From positions 36,617 to 100,616 of the forward strand of contig NW_005434504.1 of assembly GCF_000315625.1 (NCBI RefSeq): DNA of 64,000 nt. The letters run 5' to 3'. Both the position numbers and the translations under genes were made by a program. Every line of letters begins with the position of its first letter. The first letter of the stretch is position 1. Below the pieces are notes generated by a model that worked only from the letters and a program-made list of their open reading frames with translations, did no database searches and was not told the DNA's origin. This DNA comes from Guillardia theta CCMP2712 (lineage: Eukaryota > Protista > Cryptophyta). This document shows, one piece after another, positions 1-10,770 of this stretch.

Positions 1-357
1 CCCCCAACGAAAGTCAAACGGAGGGGTTCTCGGAAGTCGAAGTTCCGACCAGATTGGCCCTCGTTTTGTACCATATAAACGCTGCAATATTAAGTTGGTA
101 CCACAGATACTTCTAAAATTCGTACTTTTACTTTGGTTTGGCGTGGTGAGGTGTCCAAGCAACCAAATTCAAATCACCCTACCCCTCTTTGGCCCTGCGC
201 AGCAACGATTTTCCTAAGAGCGAGTACCCTCCCACACGCCTCCTCAAAGTAGGGTACTCCCATATGGCATGAAATGAAGGGACCCCTCAGGCCCTTCGAA
301 AAAAAAAAATATTGCCAATTTTTCCTATGAGCGCCCGGCCGGAAAAGCAACGCTATG

Positions 358-795
358 ATATGCCCAAAGGATGTCAATCAGGCCGATCCAAAGCAAAGAG
401 ACATAATCAGGACTTTTTGGAGAGATTTCCGATCAATTAGTACATGAACTGGTTTATAGGTAGAAAAACCCTGGATTTTCAACTCAATTTCCAGTTGAGT
501 TTCGACCTCGAAAAAAATCCTATACGTATAAATACGTTGCAAGTTTTTTCTTCCCGGCTTCTCTCCCATATCATTCTATACCTCCCCGCGACCCCTCGGC
601 TCAAGAGGCTCATAACCTGTTTCCACGGGCCCGGACGGCCCGCACGGGCCTGGAGCTCGCCGGAGAGGCCCGGAATATGCCCAAAGGATGTCAATCAGGC
701 CGATCCAAAGCAAAGAGACATAATCAGGACTTTTTGGAGAGATTTCCGATCAATCTGGTTTATAGGTAGAAAAACCCTGGATTTTCAACTCAATT
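358..795. repeat. Left piece of the ~317/306-bp tandem satellite (about 1.4 units)
   Basis: Essentially identical to the units at 42707-45100; GGTTTATAGG at 451 and 757 (306-bp variant); stops abruptly at ...TTTTCAACTCAATT (795). Confidence 0.97.
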
Positions 796-2168
796 ATGAC
801 ATTCAGAGCATTTTCGAACATATCATGATCTTCCTGCTGCTTGTCCTTATCGACAGCCTCGTTGGGAGCTTCCTGCTGACTGTCATTATTAACAGCCTCC
901 TTGGGAGCTTCTTGCTTGTCCTTATTGACAGCCTCCTTGGGAGCTTCCTGCTGTTTGTCCTTATTGACAGTCTCCTTAAGAGCTTCCTGTTTGTCCTTAT
1001 TGACAACCTCCTTGGGAGCTTCCTGCTGTTTGTCCTTATTGACAGCCTCCTTGGGAGCTTCCTGTTTGTCCTTATTGACAGCCTCTTTGGGAGCTTCCTG
1101 CTGTTTGTCCTGATTGACAACCTCCTTGGGAGCTTCATGCTGTTTGTCCTTATTGACAGCCTCCTTGGGAACTTCCTGTTTGTCCTTATTGACAGCCTCT
1201 TTGGGAGCTTCCTGCTTGTCCTTATTGACAGCCTCTTTGGGAGCGTCCTGCTGCTTGCCCTGTTTGGTAGTACCCACAGAAGAAACAGCCTTCTGTTCCT
1301 TTAGCTTATTCTGCTTGTCTACCAATGCAGAGAAAACTTCACTTTCTTCGTCTTCTTCGTCGTCCTCACCCTCCTCATCTTCCTCATCCCCTTTCTCATC
1401 TTCTTTATCATCATCATCTTCCGACGAAGAATCTATAACCTCCATTTGCTTTTTGGATTGCTCTGTATCATCATTCGAAGACATGGCAACCTCGAGCGTT
1501 GATCCCACTGTCCGCTTAGGAATGTCCTTGATATAAACATCGTTGTGTTTGCGGAAGACTAATGAATTGACCAGAACATCAGGTTGCGACTTCATACACT
1601 GCTTCACGATATCGATGAGCACAGCATTACATGAGTCGTCAACCTGATTGGCATGCGAACTGCACAAAGAGAATGCAAAGAACTTCTTTACCTCGGTAGG
1701 ACTTTTCAGACTTTCCACATTGAATGACTTATCCTTTCTGGTAAGAGTTCGAGTCACCAATGCCATGGAACAGCCCTTGTATACTCTGTCGCCGTCGGAT
1801 GCGCACAGCAAGCAGCGAGCTTGGAATTCTTTCTCCTTGTACTTGTCAGGGTATGAAAGCTTCTTGATGTTATGCTTCACAGTAAAAGCAGCAGGCGGAA
1901 CCATGTCAAGACATGGAAGGCATTTCTCGGCGACTGAACTTCTCTTGACAAAGAACACATGATTGTGCTGCTTACTCTCTTCAGAAGATGTCACTGTCTT
2001 GAACCAATCCTTGAATTCCCACCCATAGCTAACACTAAAGGCTTCATCATACTGAATCTGTTCGGATGCAGTAAACATGACACCTTGAGACTCAAAGATG
2101 TCTGGGGCCTTTGTCCGTACACGGTGGGTAGCGGTAGCTTTCACCTTGGAGTTGTTCTTGGGTGACAT
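750..2168 (-). CDS. Hypothetical protein with acidic tract and KDKQ(Q)EAPKEAVN repeats; 3'-truncated and reads into the satellite
   Basis: Long ORF with ATG at 2168 (MSPKNNSK); no stop before the junction at 795/796; last residues (IELKIQGFSTYKPD) are satellite-encoded. Confidence 0.75.
   Translation of the reverse strand: MSPKNNSKVKATATHRVRTKAPDIFESQGVMFTASEQIQYDEAFSVSYGWEFKDWFKTVTSSEESKQHNHVFFVKRSSVAEKCLPCLDMVPPAAFTVKHNIKKLSYPDKYKEKEFQARCLLCASDGDRVYKGCSMALVTRTLTRKDKSFNVESLKSPTEVKKFFAFSLCSSHANQVDDSCNAVLIDIVKQCMKSQPDVLVNSLVFRKHNDVYIKDIPKRTVGSTLEVAMSSNDDTEQSKKQMEVIDSSSEDDDDKEDEKGDEEDEEGEDDEEDEESEVFSALVDKQNKLKEQKAVSSVGTTKQGKQQDAPKEAVNKDKQEAPKEAVNKDKQEVPKEAVNKDKQHEAPKEVVNQDKQQEAPKEAVNKDKQEAPKEAVNKDKQQEAPKEVVNKDKQEALKETVNKDKQQEAPKEAVNKDKQEAPKEAVNNDSQQEAPNEAVDKDKQQEDHDMFENALNVIIELKIQGFSTYKPD
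830..1262 (-). repeat. Coding minisatellite, about 11 copies of 36/39 bp
   Basis: Repeated TTGTCCTTATTGACAGCCTC(C/T)TTGGGAGCTTCCTG(CTG). Confidence 0.95.
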
Positions 2169-2382
2169 TGCGTGGCGACGGATCGTGGTTGTGCCGCCAC
2201 CAGAAGAGATGGGGATCAAATAGAGGGGCGGCCTTTCCCCCCTATTTTTTTTAAGAGGGGGGGGGTGGGTGGTAGTTTTTTTAAAAAATAACTCAATTTA
2301 AAAAAACACCCTACCCTACCCGATTTAAAAAAAATTAATCAAAATCACAGAAGGGTGTCTCTGACAGCAACTAACTCACATC

Positions 2383-2928
2383 ATGCAAGAAGACAAGGAG
2401 AAGGATCTGTTCCAGCGCTTCACCAAGCTGTTCCTGGTAGGTGAAAACCTGAGAGACATGATGGTTTACATGTGTAATACCTGCACCTCTGATGTTCAAG
2501 ATCCGATAACCCATACCATCTGCATCTTCCTCTCCACCCCAGTGAGGATCAGCATCACAAAGATCGGTCTGGCTCCATTTCAGGGTTTCAACACGGCGAT
2601 ATTTCCCTTCTTTTGCATGCGAGAAGAGCAAAAACATCTTCTCCTCGAAATACTCCAATTTATGCAGGAGAACAGCAGGGCGACGCTTTCAACGCAGATG
2701 GGCGGGGGCGGGATGGCAACGCTGAAGCCCGACGGGCAACGCATCTACCTCGACACATCCGAAGTCATCTTCCAGTTCTTCCAGGCCACGAAGGAGTCCG
2801 AGAGGACGGGGATGAAAGCACATGTCAGGGACAAGGTCTGCAACATCATCCTTCAAAGGGTATGCAGCGCAGTTCATATCCCCCGGCGGACGCTGAACGA
2901 GATCATGGAGAGGGCAAGGGAATTGTGA
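2383..2928 (+). CDS. Hypothetical protein (181 aa)
   Basis: ATG-initiated ORF divergent from the previous gene across an A/T-tract intergenic region. Confidence 0.7.
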   Translation: MQEDKEKDLFQRFTKLFLVGENLRDMMVYMCNTCTSDVQDPITHTICIFLSTPVRISITKIGLAPFQGFNTAIFPFFCMREEQKHLLLEILQFMQENSRATLSTQMGGGGMATLKPDGQRIYLDTSEVIFQFFQATKESERTGMKAHVRDKVCNIILQRVCSAVHIPRRTLNEIMERAREL

Positions 2929-2958
2929 ATCATTAAACGCTGTTTTATTCTTTTCACG

Positions 2959-3522
2959 TCACTCATCATCGTCATCCGACTCACGTCCACGCTTAGATGG
3001 CCTTCCAAGCTGCTTCCTCAGTACCTCAATCTCAAGCCTCTTCTTCTCGTTCTCGAGCTCAGCAGCCTCCTCATTGAGCTTGTACATCGCCAGCTTGTGA
3101 CGAAACTCACAAGACTGAGAAACTTGGGGAAGATACTTTTCCTGTGACTTGTGCCCATATATCATCAAGAAGTGGATCCAACCATCATTCTCCTTGATCT
3201 TCTCGGCGTCTTGAACATCCTTCTCCACTTGTTTGTTGATGAAGGTGACATCACTTTCGTTCAACAACCGAAACAGGGCATCCCAGATCACTCTGGCAGA
3301 CACGTACAAGACATCATTATCATGCATCTCATACACAAAGTCATCAGACTTTTCCGTCTCAATGATCTGCACAGTGAAGTCCACCAAGAACTCATCCAAC
3401 CTCTTGATGTTCTTAGAGCTTGGATCGATATGCTTCTTCAGCACATCATCGAGGTTGTATAGGGTGGGCCTCTGCAAAAGCACGTCACCGTCAGACTTTG
3501 GCAACCAAAAGGAGTGTGGCAT
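2959..3522 (-). CDS. Hypothetical protein with C-terminal coiled coil
   Basis: ORF 2959-3606; TATAAAA (- strand, 3558-3564) favours the ATG at 3522. Confidence 0.7.
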   Translation of the reverse strand: MPHSFWLPKSDGDVLLQRPTLYNLDDVLKKHIDPSSKNIKRLDEFLVDFTVQIIETEKSDDFVYEMHDNDVLYVSARVIWDALFRLLNESDVTFINKQVEKDVQDAEKIKENDGWIHFLMIYGHKSQEKYLPQVSQSCEFRHKLAMYKLNEEAAELENEKKRLEIEVLRKQLGRPSKRGRESDDDDE

Positions 3523-3886
3523 CCTCTTGTTGTGTTGGGCCGCCGAGCCACTCTCCGTTTTATACAACCCCGCTCCTACCCCACCTCCGCCAACGAAGCA
3601 GATCATTTATCACCACCCTCACCCGTTAAATTACCGGGCTCTACCCCGTGAAACCACCCACCCACCCCTCTTTATCCCAATTTCCGCATTTAGGAAAAAA
3701 AAGAGGACTCGACCACCCACCCCTTGCAGAGGGGGTTTAGATTTAAATTAAATATACCCCCTGTCTGTACCTAATTACCACGGGTAATAAATACCACCCA
3801 CCCCCAATTAAAGCCATCCACGAACCTCCCGGTCCCCCCAATAAAAGCGGGGTGGGGGGAATTTCGCGCACCCCCAGCTTTCCCCC

Positions 3887-5779
3887 ATGTGTGCCGCCAC
3901 GCTGCCACACAATCAATGGATCGTGCGCTATTCGCAGGTCGCGGCCTACGGCCACTGCGCCCTCCACTCCTACAACAGATCCCAGTTCCCCCTCCCCTCG
4001 TCCATCACCGTCGTGCAGGAATTCACCGTCGGACCGGTCACCGCGTTCGCCGCTCGCACCGCCGCCGATGACATCGTCATCTCTTTCGGCATCGACGAGG
4101 AGGAGGAGCGCAGCATGCTCCAGCACGGGGGACTGACTCAGCTCGCCTCCGTCTCACCCAAGTGGAGTGACAAGAGCATCAACGTCAAGGTCCACACGCC
4201 CGTCGCGGATCTGGCCCGTACCTTCATTCAATCTCCGGCGCTCGACGAGCTCTCCTCCTTCCTCCGCGCGCAACCCGCCGGCACCTTCGTCTTCACGGGA
4301 TTCTCCTTCGCGTGTAACGTCGCCGAGCTGGTCCACCTGTTCTACTGCAGATTCGGGAAGATTGGCCGCGAGCTCACCTGCGTCTTCTTCGGCCAGCCCT
4401 CCATCGGCACGATTATGTACGAGACCGTTCGCGGCGCTCACCTGCGGAGGCATTCCAATATCCCGATTCAGAAATCCATCAGCTTCTACCGCCACGATGA
4501 CAACATCGGTATACTGTTTACGGGAAAGGTGCGCGGAATCTTCTACCCCGACTTTGATAGCGGGAGCACTGGTATCATCCGAAGGTCCATGGAATTCGAC
4601 GGAAAGGTGCATGGCTACCCCCAGCACATCATCTCCACCGAAAGCAAGGAGGACATCCTTGGAGGGCACGACGTGGCCAAGTATCACGAGTGCATCTGTA
4701 AGATAGAAGCTTTGGGGGATGACCGGATCGATAATATCCCATACGAGAACAAGTACAACGCATGCTTCCAATCTGCCACCACCCTCGCGCAGGAGATCAG
4801 TGAGAAACTCCTGCTCAACCCCAAGCCGTTTGTCGAGCGCATTTTCCCCGTACGCGAACCTACAGAGTATTTCCTGGCCATCATGCATGGTAACAAGTGC
4901 ATAGACGACGGGCTCAACGACGGAGAGACGAAAGATATCATCAACAGGGCAGTCTCGCAGGACCTTACCAAGCCTTTCATGGGACTCGAGAACATCTCAC
5001 TGATGAAGAAATTCATCGACCATGTCGTATTCCTCATCGAGCGCAGCATGAAAAAGGAATCCCTCCCCTTTCCAAGCACTGTCCACAACGTTCGCGACCT
5101 TCCGGATTCGGACATCATCGCCATCTGCACCGCCATCGCCATCACGCAGGACGATCACATATTGAACTCCATCTTGCACCTGCATGTCTTTGATATCCGC
5201 CGCAAGGCCTGCGCCATAATGGCCCATCTCCGCCTGATAGTTGATATATGCAAGTTTGCCACCAACTGGAACGTCGAGTGCATCTGGAACCCCCACTTCC
5301 AGTTCGTCACCGACCTCGACAACTACCTGATGTCTTTCTCCAACTGGCAAGACAACATCAAGTACGAGCTCGACGATTTCAAGGCAGACAAGGATTTCTG
5401 GGAACAGCTCAAACTTTATTCCGACGATTCCCGCTGCCGCTACTACTTCTTCCTCTCGCAGGAGGTCTTGAGAACCGCCACCAAGTACCAGTTGCCCATA
5501 TGTGTGCGCAACCCCCTCCTGTTTTCCGAGTCGGAGATCGCGATGGAGGCGCTGCCAGCCCCGCCCGCCTCCTCTGCCGAGCCGAAGGTGCGCGAGAATC
5601 CATTCATCTTCACACCGAAGGACCTTCTCAAGGAGGAGACATTCTGGGATGACATGAAGAACTACGCGCACGAGAACAACATCGATTACAGGTCGATACA
5701 CATGCTCCGCCTCCTCTGCCGCTACATGGACAAGCACGATGTCGACATCTTTGTCTACCTCCCCCCTAGCGGTAACTGA
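3887..5779 (+). CDS. Class-3 lipase-like alpha/beta hydrolase with C-terminal extension
   Basis: FVFTGFSFA (variant GxSxG elbow), CVFFGQPSIG, YRHDDNIG and HDVAKY occur in lipase_3 order. Confidence 0.6.
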   Translation: MCAATLPHNQWIVRYSQVAAYGHCALHSYNRSQFPLPSSITVVQEFTVGPVTAFAARTAADDIVISFGIDEEEERSMLQHGGLTQLASVSPKWSDKSINVKVHTPVADLARTFIQSPALDELSSFLRAQPAGTFVFTGFSFACNVAELVHLFYCRFGKIGRELTCVFFGQPSIGTIMYETVRGAHLRRHSNIPIQKSISFYRHDDNIGILFTGKVRGIFYPDFDSGSTGIIRRSMEFDGKVHGYPQHIISTESKEDILGGHDVAKYHECICKIEALGDDRIDNIPYENKYNACFQSATTLAQEISEKLLLNPKPFVERIFPVREPTEYFLAIMHGNKCIDDGLNDGETKDIINRAVSQDLTKPFMGLENISLMKKFIDHVVFLIERSMKKESLPFPSTVHNVRDLPDSDIIAICTAIAITQDDHILNSILHLHVFDIRRKACAIMAHLRLIVDICKFATNWNVECIWNPHFQFVTDLDNYLMSFSNWQDNIKYELDDFKADKDFWEQLKLYSDDSRCRYYFFLSQEVLRTATKYQLPICVRNPLLFSESEIAMEALPAPPASSAEPKVRENPFIFTPKDLLKEETFWDDMKNYAHENNIDYRSIHMLRLLCRYMDKHDVDIFVYLPPSGN

Positions 5780-5895
5780 ATAGAGTCTTTCAAGTAATAT
5801 ACGAAAAAAAGGAAGAAGGGGTGTGTTTCGTCCCCAGCGCTCCGCGGGGATAATTAGGCAAGACCAGGGACGGGAAAGTCCATAGAAAGCGAGGC

Positions 5896-6597
5896 ATGAT
5901 CTACCTCCTCCACCGCCTCTTCGAGGACAAGAGGCTGACCTGCGTCCTCTTGATGACCTGGATGGTGATGGTGCTGGCGATCTTCTCCGAGCTCGGGGTG
6001 ACGGACTCGAACTTCATGACACTAGGGCCAGGCGAGCACTCCAAGATCATGGGGGTGGAAATCAACAGCTGGTACAAGTGGAACTGCGTCGCCGTCTTCA
6101 CCTTCGTCTCGACCTCCATCAACGACTTTGTCGGCGACGCCATCTCCCCCTGGATCCAGAACACCATCCAGGACCACAAGACCAAGTTCCTCCCCTACTC
6201 GAAGTTCACCTGCATCATGATCACGCAGATCTGGGCGCTGTACTGCTGCGTCATGAACGTCTTCGCGCTCTTCGTCATGCTCTCCCAGGTCGATTTCCTC
6301 ATCATCCGCATCTGCGCCGACCTCCTCGTCAACATCTACACCAGCCTGCGGTTCATGAAGGGCAAGGTCGTCGACCCCGAGCGCTACGCCGCCTGGATGA
6401 GGGCCGAGGGACCGGGGCACGGCCAGTCCCACTGCTGCCACACCCCCGAGCCCGGTATTCTCCTCTCATCCATTGCCGTGAGACAGGAGCACGACGAGAA
6501 AGCTGCCGAAGACAAGCATGCCAACGAGACCGAAGAGCCCGAAAGGAGGGGGAAGAGCATGGACCGCCTGTTGGTTGATATTCACAAGCACCCTTAG
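5896..6597 (+). CDS. Multi-pass membrane protein (about 4 TM)
   Basis: Hydrophobic segments; the LGP..INSWYKW..SQVDF pattern resembles, from memory, an uncharacterised family in giant-virus and marine metagenome data. Confidence 0.75.
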   Translation: MIYLLHRLFEDKRLTCVLLMTWMVMVLAIFSELGVTDSNFMTLGPGEHSKIMGVEINSWYKWNCVAVFTFVSTSINDFVGDAISPWIQNTIQDHKTKFLPYSKFTCIMITQIWALYCCVMNVFALFVMLSQVDFLIIRICADLLVNIYTSLRFMKGKVVDPERYAAWMRAEGPGHGQSHCCHTPEPGILLSSIAVRQEHDEKAAEDKHANETEEPERRGKSMDRLLVDIHKHP

Positions 6598-7280
6598 CGG
6601 TACATTCCGTTTTGGTAGTCCCGGAAAGTCGAAGCCACGTCTTGAAGGTCCGAGCGGATCGCCGCCAGTGTGTTCATGTTCAAATCCATCGTGGTCTGAG
6701 TTGGGTCTATTGTAAGGGCTCTGATAATCTTATGATTAAGCTTGTCGTTTATCAGTAGATCCACAATTTTCTCTTTCATTCTTACGAGTGATTCTGTAAT
6801 CTTTTTCATATTATTTATCTCATCACTTAAGTTATTCAATCTAGCACGTATCACCTTCATAGTTTTCGATTTTTGGTGAATCATACTGGCGTGTGTGTGT
6901 TCACTACCCGTAAAACTCTGATTGTCCCATTTCTCTTCTGCTGACTCCATCATCCTTTCCAATACCAGAACTCTTTCCTTTAATTTCTTATTTTCCTCGT
7001 TTAAGGGAAACAAATTATCTACTTTTACATTTAAATTATCCACTTTACGCATGTACGCAGATTGCTTTTGTATCTCTTCTCTAACAAATGCCATCTGATT
7101 AGTGATCATTTGCAAATATGTTTTGGTTTTATCATGCATTATCACATCAATCTTTGCCTCCATGATTTGAATGATATCTTCCTTTAACTCATTCATCGCG
7201 CCTTTATCTAATTCACCTTCCGACTGGACATCAGATTCATAACCCCTCTCTGGAATCTCTGCACTCCCTGCCTCCGACAT
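6594..7280 (-). CDS. Coiled-coil protein with C-terminal DYQNGMYR tag
   Basis: 228-aa ORF, heptad-rich, AT-rich core. Confidence 0.75.
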   Translation of the reverse strand: MSEAGSAEIPERGYESDVQSEGELDKGAMNELKEDIIQIMEAKIDVIMHDKTKTYLQMITNQMAFVREEIQKQSAYMRKVDNLNVKVDNLFPLNEENKKLKERVLVLERMMESAEEKWDNQSFTGSEHTHASMIHQKSKTMKVIRARLNNLSDEINNMKKITESLVRMKEKIVDLLINDKLNHKIIRALTIDPTQTTMDLNMNTLAAIRSDLQDVASTFRDYQNGMYR

Positions 7281-7384
7281 CCTTACCCAAAGAACCCCAA
7301 GGTACTTTTATGCAAACCGATCGCGTACTTCACACGACGCCACGAAAAGATCTATATACATCGGAAGCAAAACATCTTGTAGAT

Positions 7385-8098
7385 ATGGCCCCAAGCTTCA
7401 GCATCAGTGAGGAGGACGGGGAGGAGACGACGAAGCCCCCACCCGAAACACGCAACGACAGCCCCCTCCGCAAGAGCCCGATCCAATGTATCTTCGTGTT
7501 CCGGCGGCCGGTGATGCTATCCGACCGGATCATCAAGCTCATGACGGGGCCCTTCGCGCACGTGGATCTGTATGTTCATCGGGAGGAGAAGCCCAACGAC
7601 AGCCCGAGTCTCACCACTTTCATGGGGGAACACTTCAGCATGTCGGTGAACATGCGAAAGTCCTACAACAGCCGGGACTATGAGGGACTGCACCTTCGCC
7701 TCGACCCTGTAGAGAGCGCGAAGCTCTTCGATTACGCCATCGACCTGGTGGAACGCCGCGTGCCGTACAATTTTGCCGACCTGCTGTACCAACCGATGAA
7801 GGCCGTCCTCCCGGATAGCGGATTCTTTGAGGACGTCCCTAACGAAAGCTCCTTGCAGGTCAAAAAGGTCTTCTGCTCGCAGGCTTTCGTCCTAGCACTG
7901 CGCAACAGCCTGCACAACGACGACCTCGCCGGGGCACTCATCGACGAGAGCCCAATCCAGCGGAAGAAGCTGCTCTGGAGGCTGATCAGCGAAAACAGCC
8001 GGCTCTGCACCCCCAGTGACCTCTACCACATCCTCAGGCCGCACTGCAGGAGGGTGGACATGGACCGGCTCCGGCACGGCCACTTGTCCTACACATAA
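7385..8098 (+). CDS. Permuted papain-like NlpC/P60 hydrolase (YiiX/YaeF, LRAT, poxvirus G6R-like)
   Basis: His before Cys: GPFAHVDL ... VPYNF ... VFCSQAF ... TPSDLY. Confidence 0.75.
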   Translation: MAPSFSISEEDGEETTKPPPETRNDSPLRKSPIQCIFVFRRPVMLSDRIIKLMTGPFAHVDLYVHREEKPNDSPSLTTFMGEHFSMSVNMRKSYNSRDYEGLHLRLDPVESAKLFDYAIDLVERRVPYNFADLLYQPMKAVLPDSGFFEDVPNESSLQVKKVFCSQAFVLALRNSLHNDDLAGALIDESPIQRKKLLWRLISENSRLCTPSDLYHILRPHCRRVDMDRLRHGHLSYT

Positions 8099-8105
8099 TA
8101 AACAT

Positions 8106-8828
8106 TTAAGAAATGCCCACGGTGTGGCTTCTGGACTCCATCAATATAGACAGCTTCACGTGGGATACTGAGCAGCAGAAGATGCTGTACCATCTCTGCA
8201 CGAGGGCGTCGTCTTCCTGGAAGAGCCTGCACAGCTGGTCGACCTCGTCTGTGTCCTGTCTCCCGACCCATACCCGCACCTGGTTTTTGACGATGTGCTC
8301 GATCTTACAACAAAACCACAAATAGAGGATGAAGGGGGAGAACTTCTGGTGCACCACAATCGAAAACGAATCCTTCCCCTGCCTTCCCACCTCCACACAC
8401 ATGTCCGACCTGGCTCCCGAGATGCTGCAGATGAACCACCCATTCTTGCGTCGTACGGGGGGTGCGGAACTCGTCATCACCTCCAAGCAGAGACGATATA
8501 GCTTGTCCTTCCCCTGTGTCTGCAGCGTCTCCACCATGGCTTGCACAGTCTTGATGTCACTCATCACCTGTTGCACCCCTGTATGGACTTTGATTGCCCA
8601 TGCATCGGCGTTCTCCTTGCACTGCGAAAAGTACCGCTTGTACTGGTTGTCGTCCCCGATGACCTCAAAGGCCTTGTTGCAGCAGTAATCCTTGAAGTGT
8701 TCATATGTGCTAAGACATGAGGTAGACTCCCGAAGCTCATCCTCCACCGCCACATCCTTCGTCGCACCCACGATGCCGCGCAGCTCCGATACAAAATCGG
8801 ACGCACTCATCTGAGGCCGACCCGGCAT
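8106..8828 (-). CDS. Hypothetical protein (240 aa)
   Basis: ATG ORF tiling between neighbours. Confidence 0.75.
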   Translation of the reverse strand: MPGRPQMSASDFVSELRGIVGATKDVAVEDELRESTSCLSTYEHFKDYCCNKAFEVIGDDNQYKRYFSQCKENADAWAIKVHTGVQQVMSDIKTVQAMVETLQTQGKDKLYRLCLEVMTSSAPPVRRKNGWFICSISGARSDMCVEVGRQGKDSFSIVVHQKFSPFILYLWFCCKIEHIVKNQVRVWVGRQDTDEVDQLCRLFQEDDALVQRWYSIFCCSVSHVKLSILMESRSHTVGIS

Positions 8829-8957
8829 TGATTACCCCACGGTTGCCGTTGAGCCCCGCGACCGTTTTTTTTTTAAAAAAAATTCAAATTCCCCCTCGAG
8901 ACCCTATTTTAAAAAAGAGGGTCGCCGCCGACCGTACCCTCACACCACACACCACGC

Positions 8958-9242
8958 ATGGACACTACACCGCAGCTCGCCCTCTGGCTCATCAAGTCGC
9001 TCAACGAGGACACCATATTCGTCAAGCTTGCAAGCAAGGCAGAAGGCAGCGAGGATGAGGACGACTTCGAAGGCATCCTTTCCCCGCTGCCGACCACGGT
9101 TGATCTGCAGATGCCAAATACCCCGGTGAAGAAAAGGAAGACCTTTACACCTATCCACTCGCCGGTGGCGTCTGACGCTGACTTTTCATCCCTCTCCGAC
9201 TCGGACTTCTCCTCCCTCTCGGAAGCAGAGACGGGTCAATGA
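8958..9242 (+). CDS. Small acidic/Ser-rich protein with basic NLS-like PVKKRK
   Basis: 94-aa ORF after an A/T-tract intergenic region. Confidence 0.55.
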   Translation: MDTTPQLALWLIKSLNEDTIFVKLASKAEGSEDEDDFEGILSPLPTTVDLQMPNTPVKKRKTFTPIHSPVASDADFSSLSDSDFSSLSEAETGQ

Positions 9243-9311
9243 ATAATAATAAAAAAAGGATCCATCCATCACCTTGCACACCCCCGCGTCACGCACGGCA
9301 AAAACACATCG

Positions 9312-10229
9312 ATGTCCCTCTCAGGGAAGTACGACCACGTCCTGATCCACGGGGTCGTCGATCCAGCGTCCCTGCCCGCCTTTACCGAATTCCTCATCGA
9401 GATGAGCAACTACATCGTCGCCCCGAAGAACGAGCACAGCGATGCGGTGCAGAGGGTGGCGTTCTACGGCTTCGGTGACATCCACTTCCGCGTCTCGGTC
9501 TTCCGCCTGCTGCAGGCGTGCTTCATGGCAGAGTGGTACTGGTCCTCCGAAGTGGTGCCGCACCGTTGGGAGATGCTCGTCCACATCCCCACAAGGCACA
9601 ACATCACGGCCGCCCAGCTCGAGCGCTTCTGCTCCTTCTGCCGCAACGGGGTCAGCTGCGACGTCATCGAGCGCGGCATCAACAACGGGCTCGTCGTCTT
9701 CCTCGACCGCATCGACAAGGGCAAGAACCACGCGGGCTGGATGCGGCACCGCCTGCGCATCGCCTGCGACCGGCACAGGGAGCGGATGCGCATGCAAGAA
9801 GAGCGGGACAGGATACGGAGCGAGACGGGCATGGAGTTCACCACCAGCAACATGCTTTACTTCTACCACGAGTGGCAGAACACCCGCATCGACCTGCAGG
9901 CGTCCAGGGAGATGCACCAGAACTCAGAAGAGAGAATTAACCTCCTCCTCCGCAGGATCCAGGAAGAGACCAACCTCATCACCAACCTCTGCGACATGGT
10001 CGTGAGCATCACCGAGCACATGCACGAGGACGTGCGCAACCAAACTCTGAACGACCTCAACATTCGCATTTCCAGGATCAACACAATCAACCGCCAGATC
10101 GCTAACACCTCCTCCAACCTCCGCACCGTCTCCTCGTCCATTCCCCACGGCAGCACCATGGCTTCCGCCCTTGACCGCCTCCTCATTGTTGTCGGATCGG
10201 ACGAGGACGACGGGATGGTCTTTCAGTAA
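9312..10229 (+). CDS. Hypothetical protein with C-terminal coiled coil (305 aa)
   Basis: ORF with strong GC3 bias. Confidence 0.8.
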   Translation: MSLSGKYDHVLIHGVVDPASLPAFTEFLIEMSNYIVAPKNEHSDAVQRVAFYGFGDIHFRVSVFRLLQACFMAEWYWSSEVVPHRWEMLVHIPTRHNITAAQLERFCSFCRNGVSCDVIERGINNGLVVFLDRIDKGKNHAGWMRHRLRIACDRHRERMRMQEERDRIRSETGMEFTTSNMLYFYHEWQNTRIDLQASREMHQNSEERINLLLRRIQEETNLITNLCDMVVSITEHMHEDVRNQTLNDLNIRISRINTINRQIANTSSNLRTVSSSIPHGSTMASALDRLLIVVGSDEDDGMVFQ

Positions 10230-10237
10230 AAAGAAAA

Positions 10238-10684
10238 TCAAAGAACCGAAGACCGCGGCTGCCGTATACAGATCAAAAGGTGTTTGTACACCCGAGGGCT
10301 CTGCTCTGACAGCGTCAGGAGGTAGTCTTGCTGATACCTCTGATCAAACATCGCGTCGTTGCTATCCAGCATCCGCCACGCCACAAACGTCCAGTCCTGA
10401 CCTCGCATCCACCGATGGCACATGCGGCAGAACACGCGGAATACGCTCCTCACACACTGGACGTGATGGACCGCCGCTTTTTCCCCCTTGTACACAACAG
10501 GGGAGACAATCTTAAGGCCCTCCGGCCCGTACGTCAGGCGCTCTTCGGAGAGGGGGCCAAAGGATTGCCCTTGCATCGCCAATTCATCCTCCCTCTGCAA
10601 GAGGTTCAAAAAATCATGGATCAGGCGGTTGTATCCCCACGGGCACTCCATCGCACTATCCAGCCTACTCTGCATATGCTGCAT
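10238..10684 (-). CDS. Hypothetical protein (148 aa)
   Basis: Convergent ORF filling the gap. Confidence 0.6.
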   Translation of the reverse strand: MQHMQSRLDSAMECPWGYNRLIHDFLNLLQREDELAMQGQSFGPLSEERLTYGPEGLKIVSPVVYKGEKAAVHHVQCVRSVFRVFCRMCHRWMRGQDWTFVAWRMLDSNDAMFDQRYQQDYLLTLSEQSPRVYKHLLICIRQPRSSVL

Positions 10685-10770
10685 ACTTTACCACCCCCCT
10701 CCCATGCACTCCCCAAATACACGGATGGAACGAAGCATTACACACAATCCATTTATTTACGATCCAGGCA

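Noticed and set aside
138-180. 13-14-bp matches between the window start and 60776/61079
   Set aside because: Expected by chance at this window size.
444-1304. 286-aa Leu-rich hydrophobic ORF crossing the left junction
   Set aside because: A satellite ATG fused to the antisense of a coding minisatellite; no independent evidence that it is coding.
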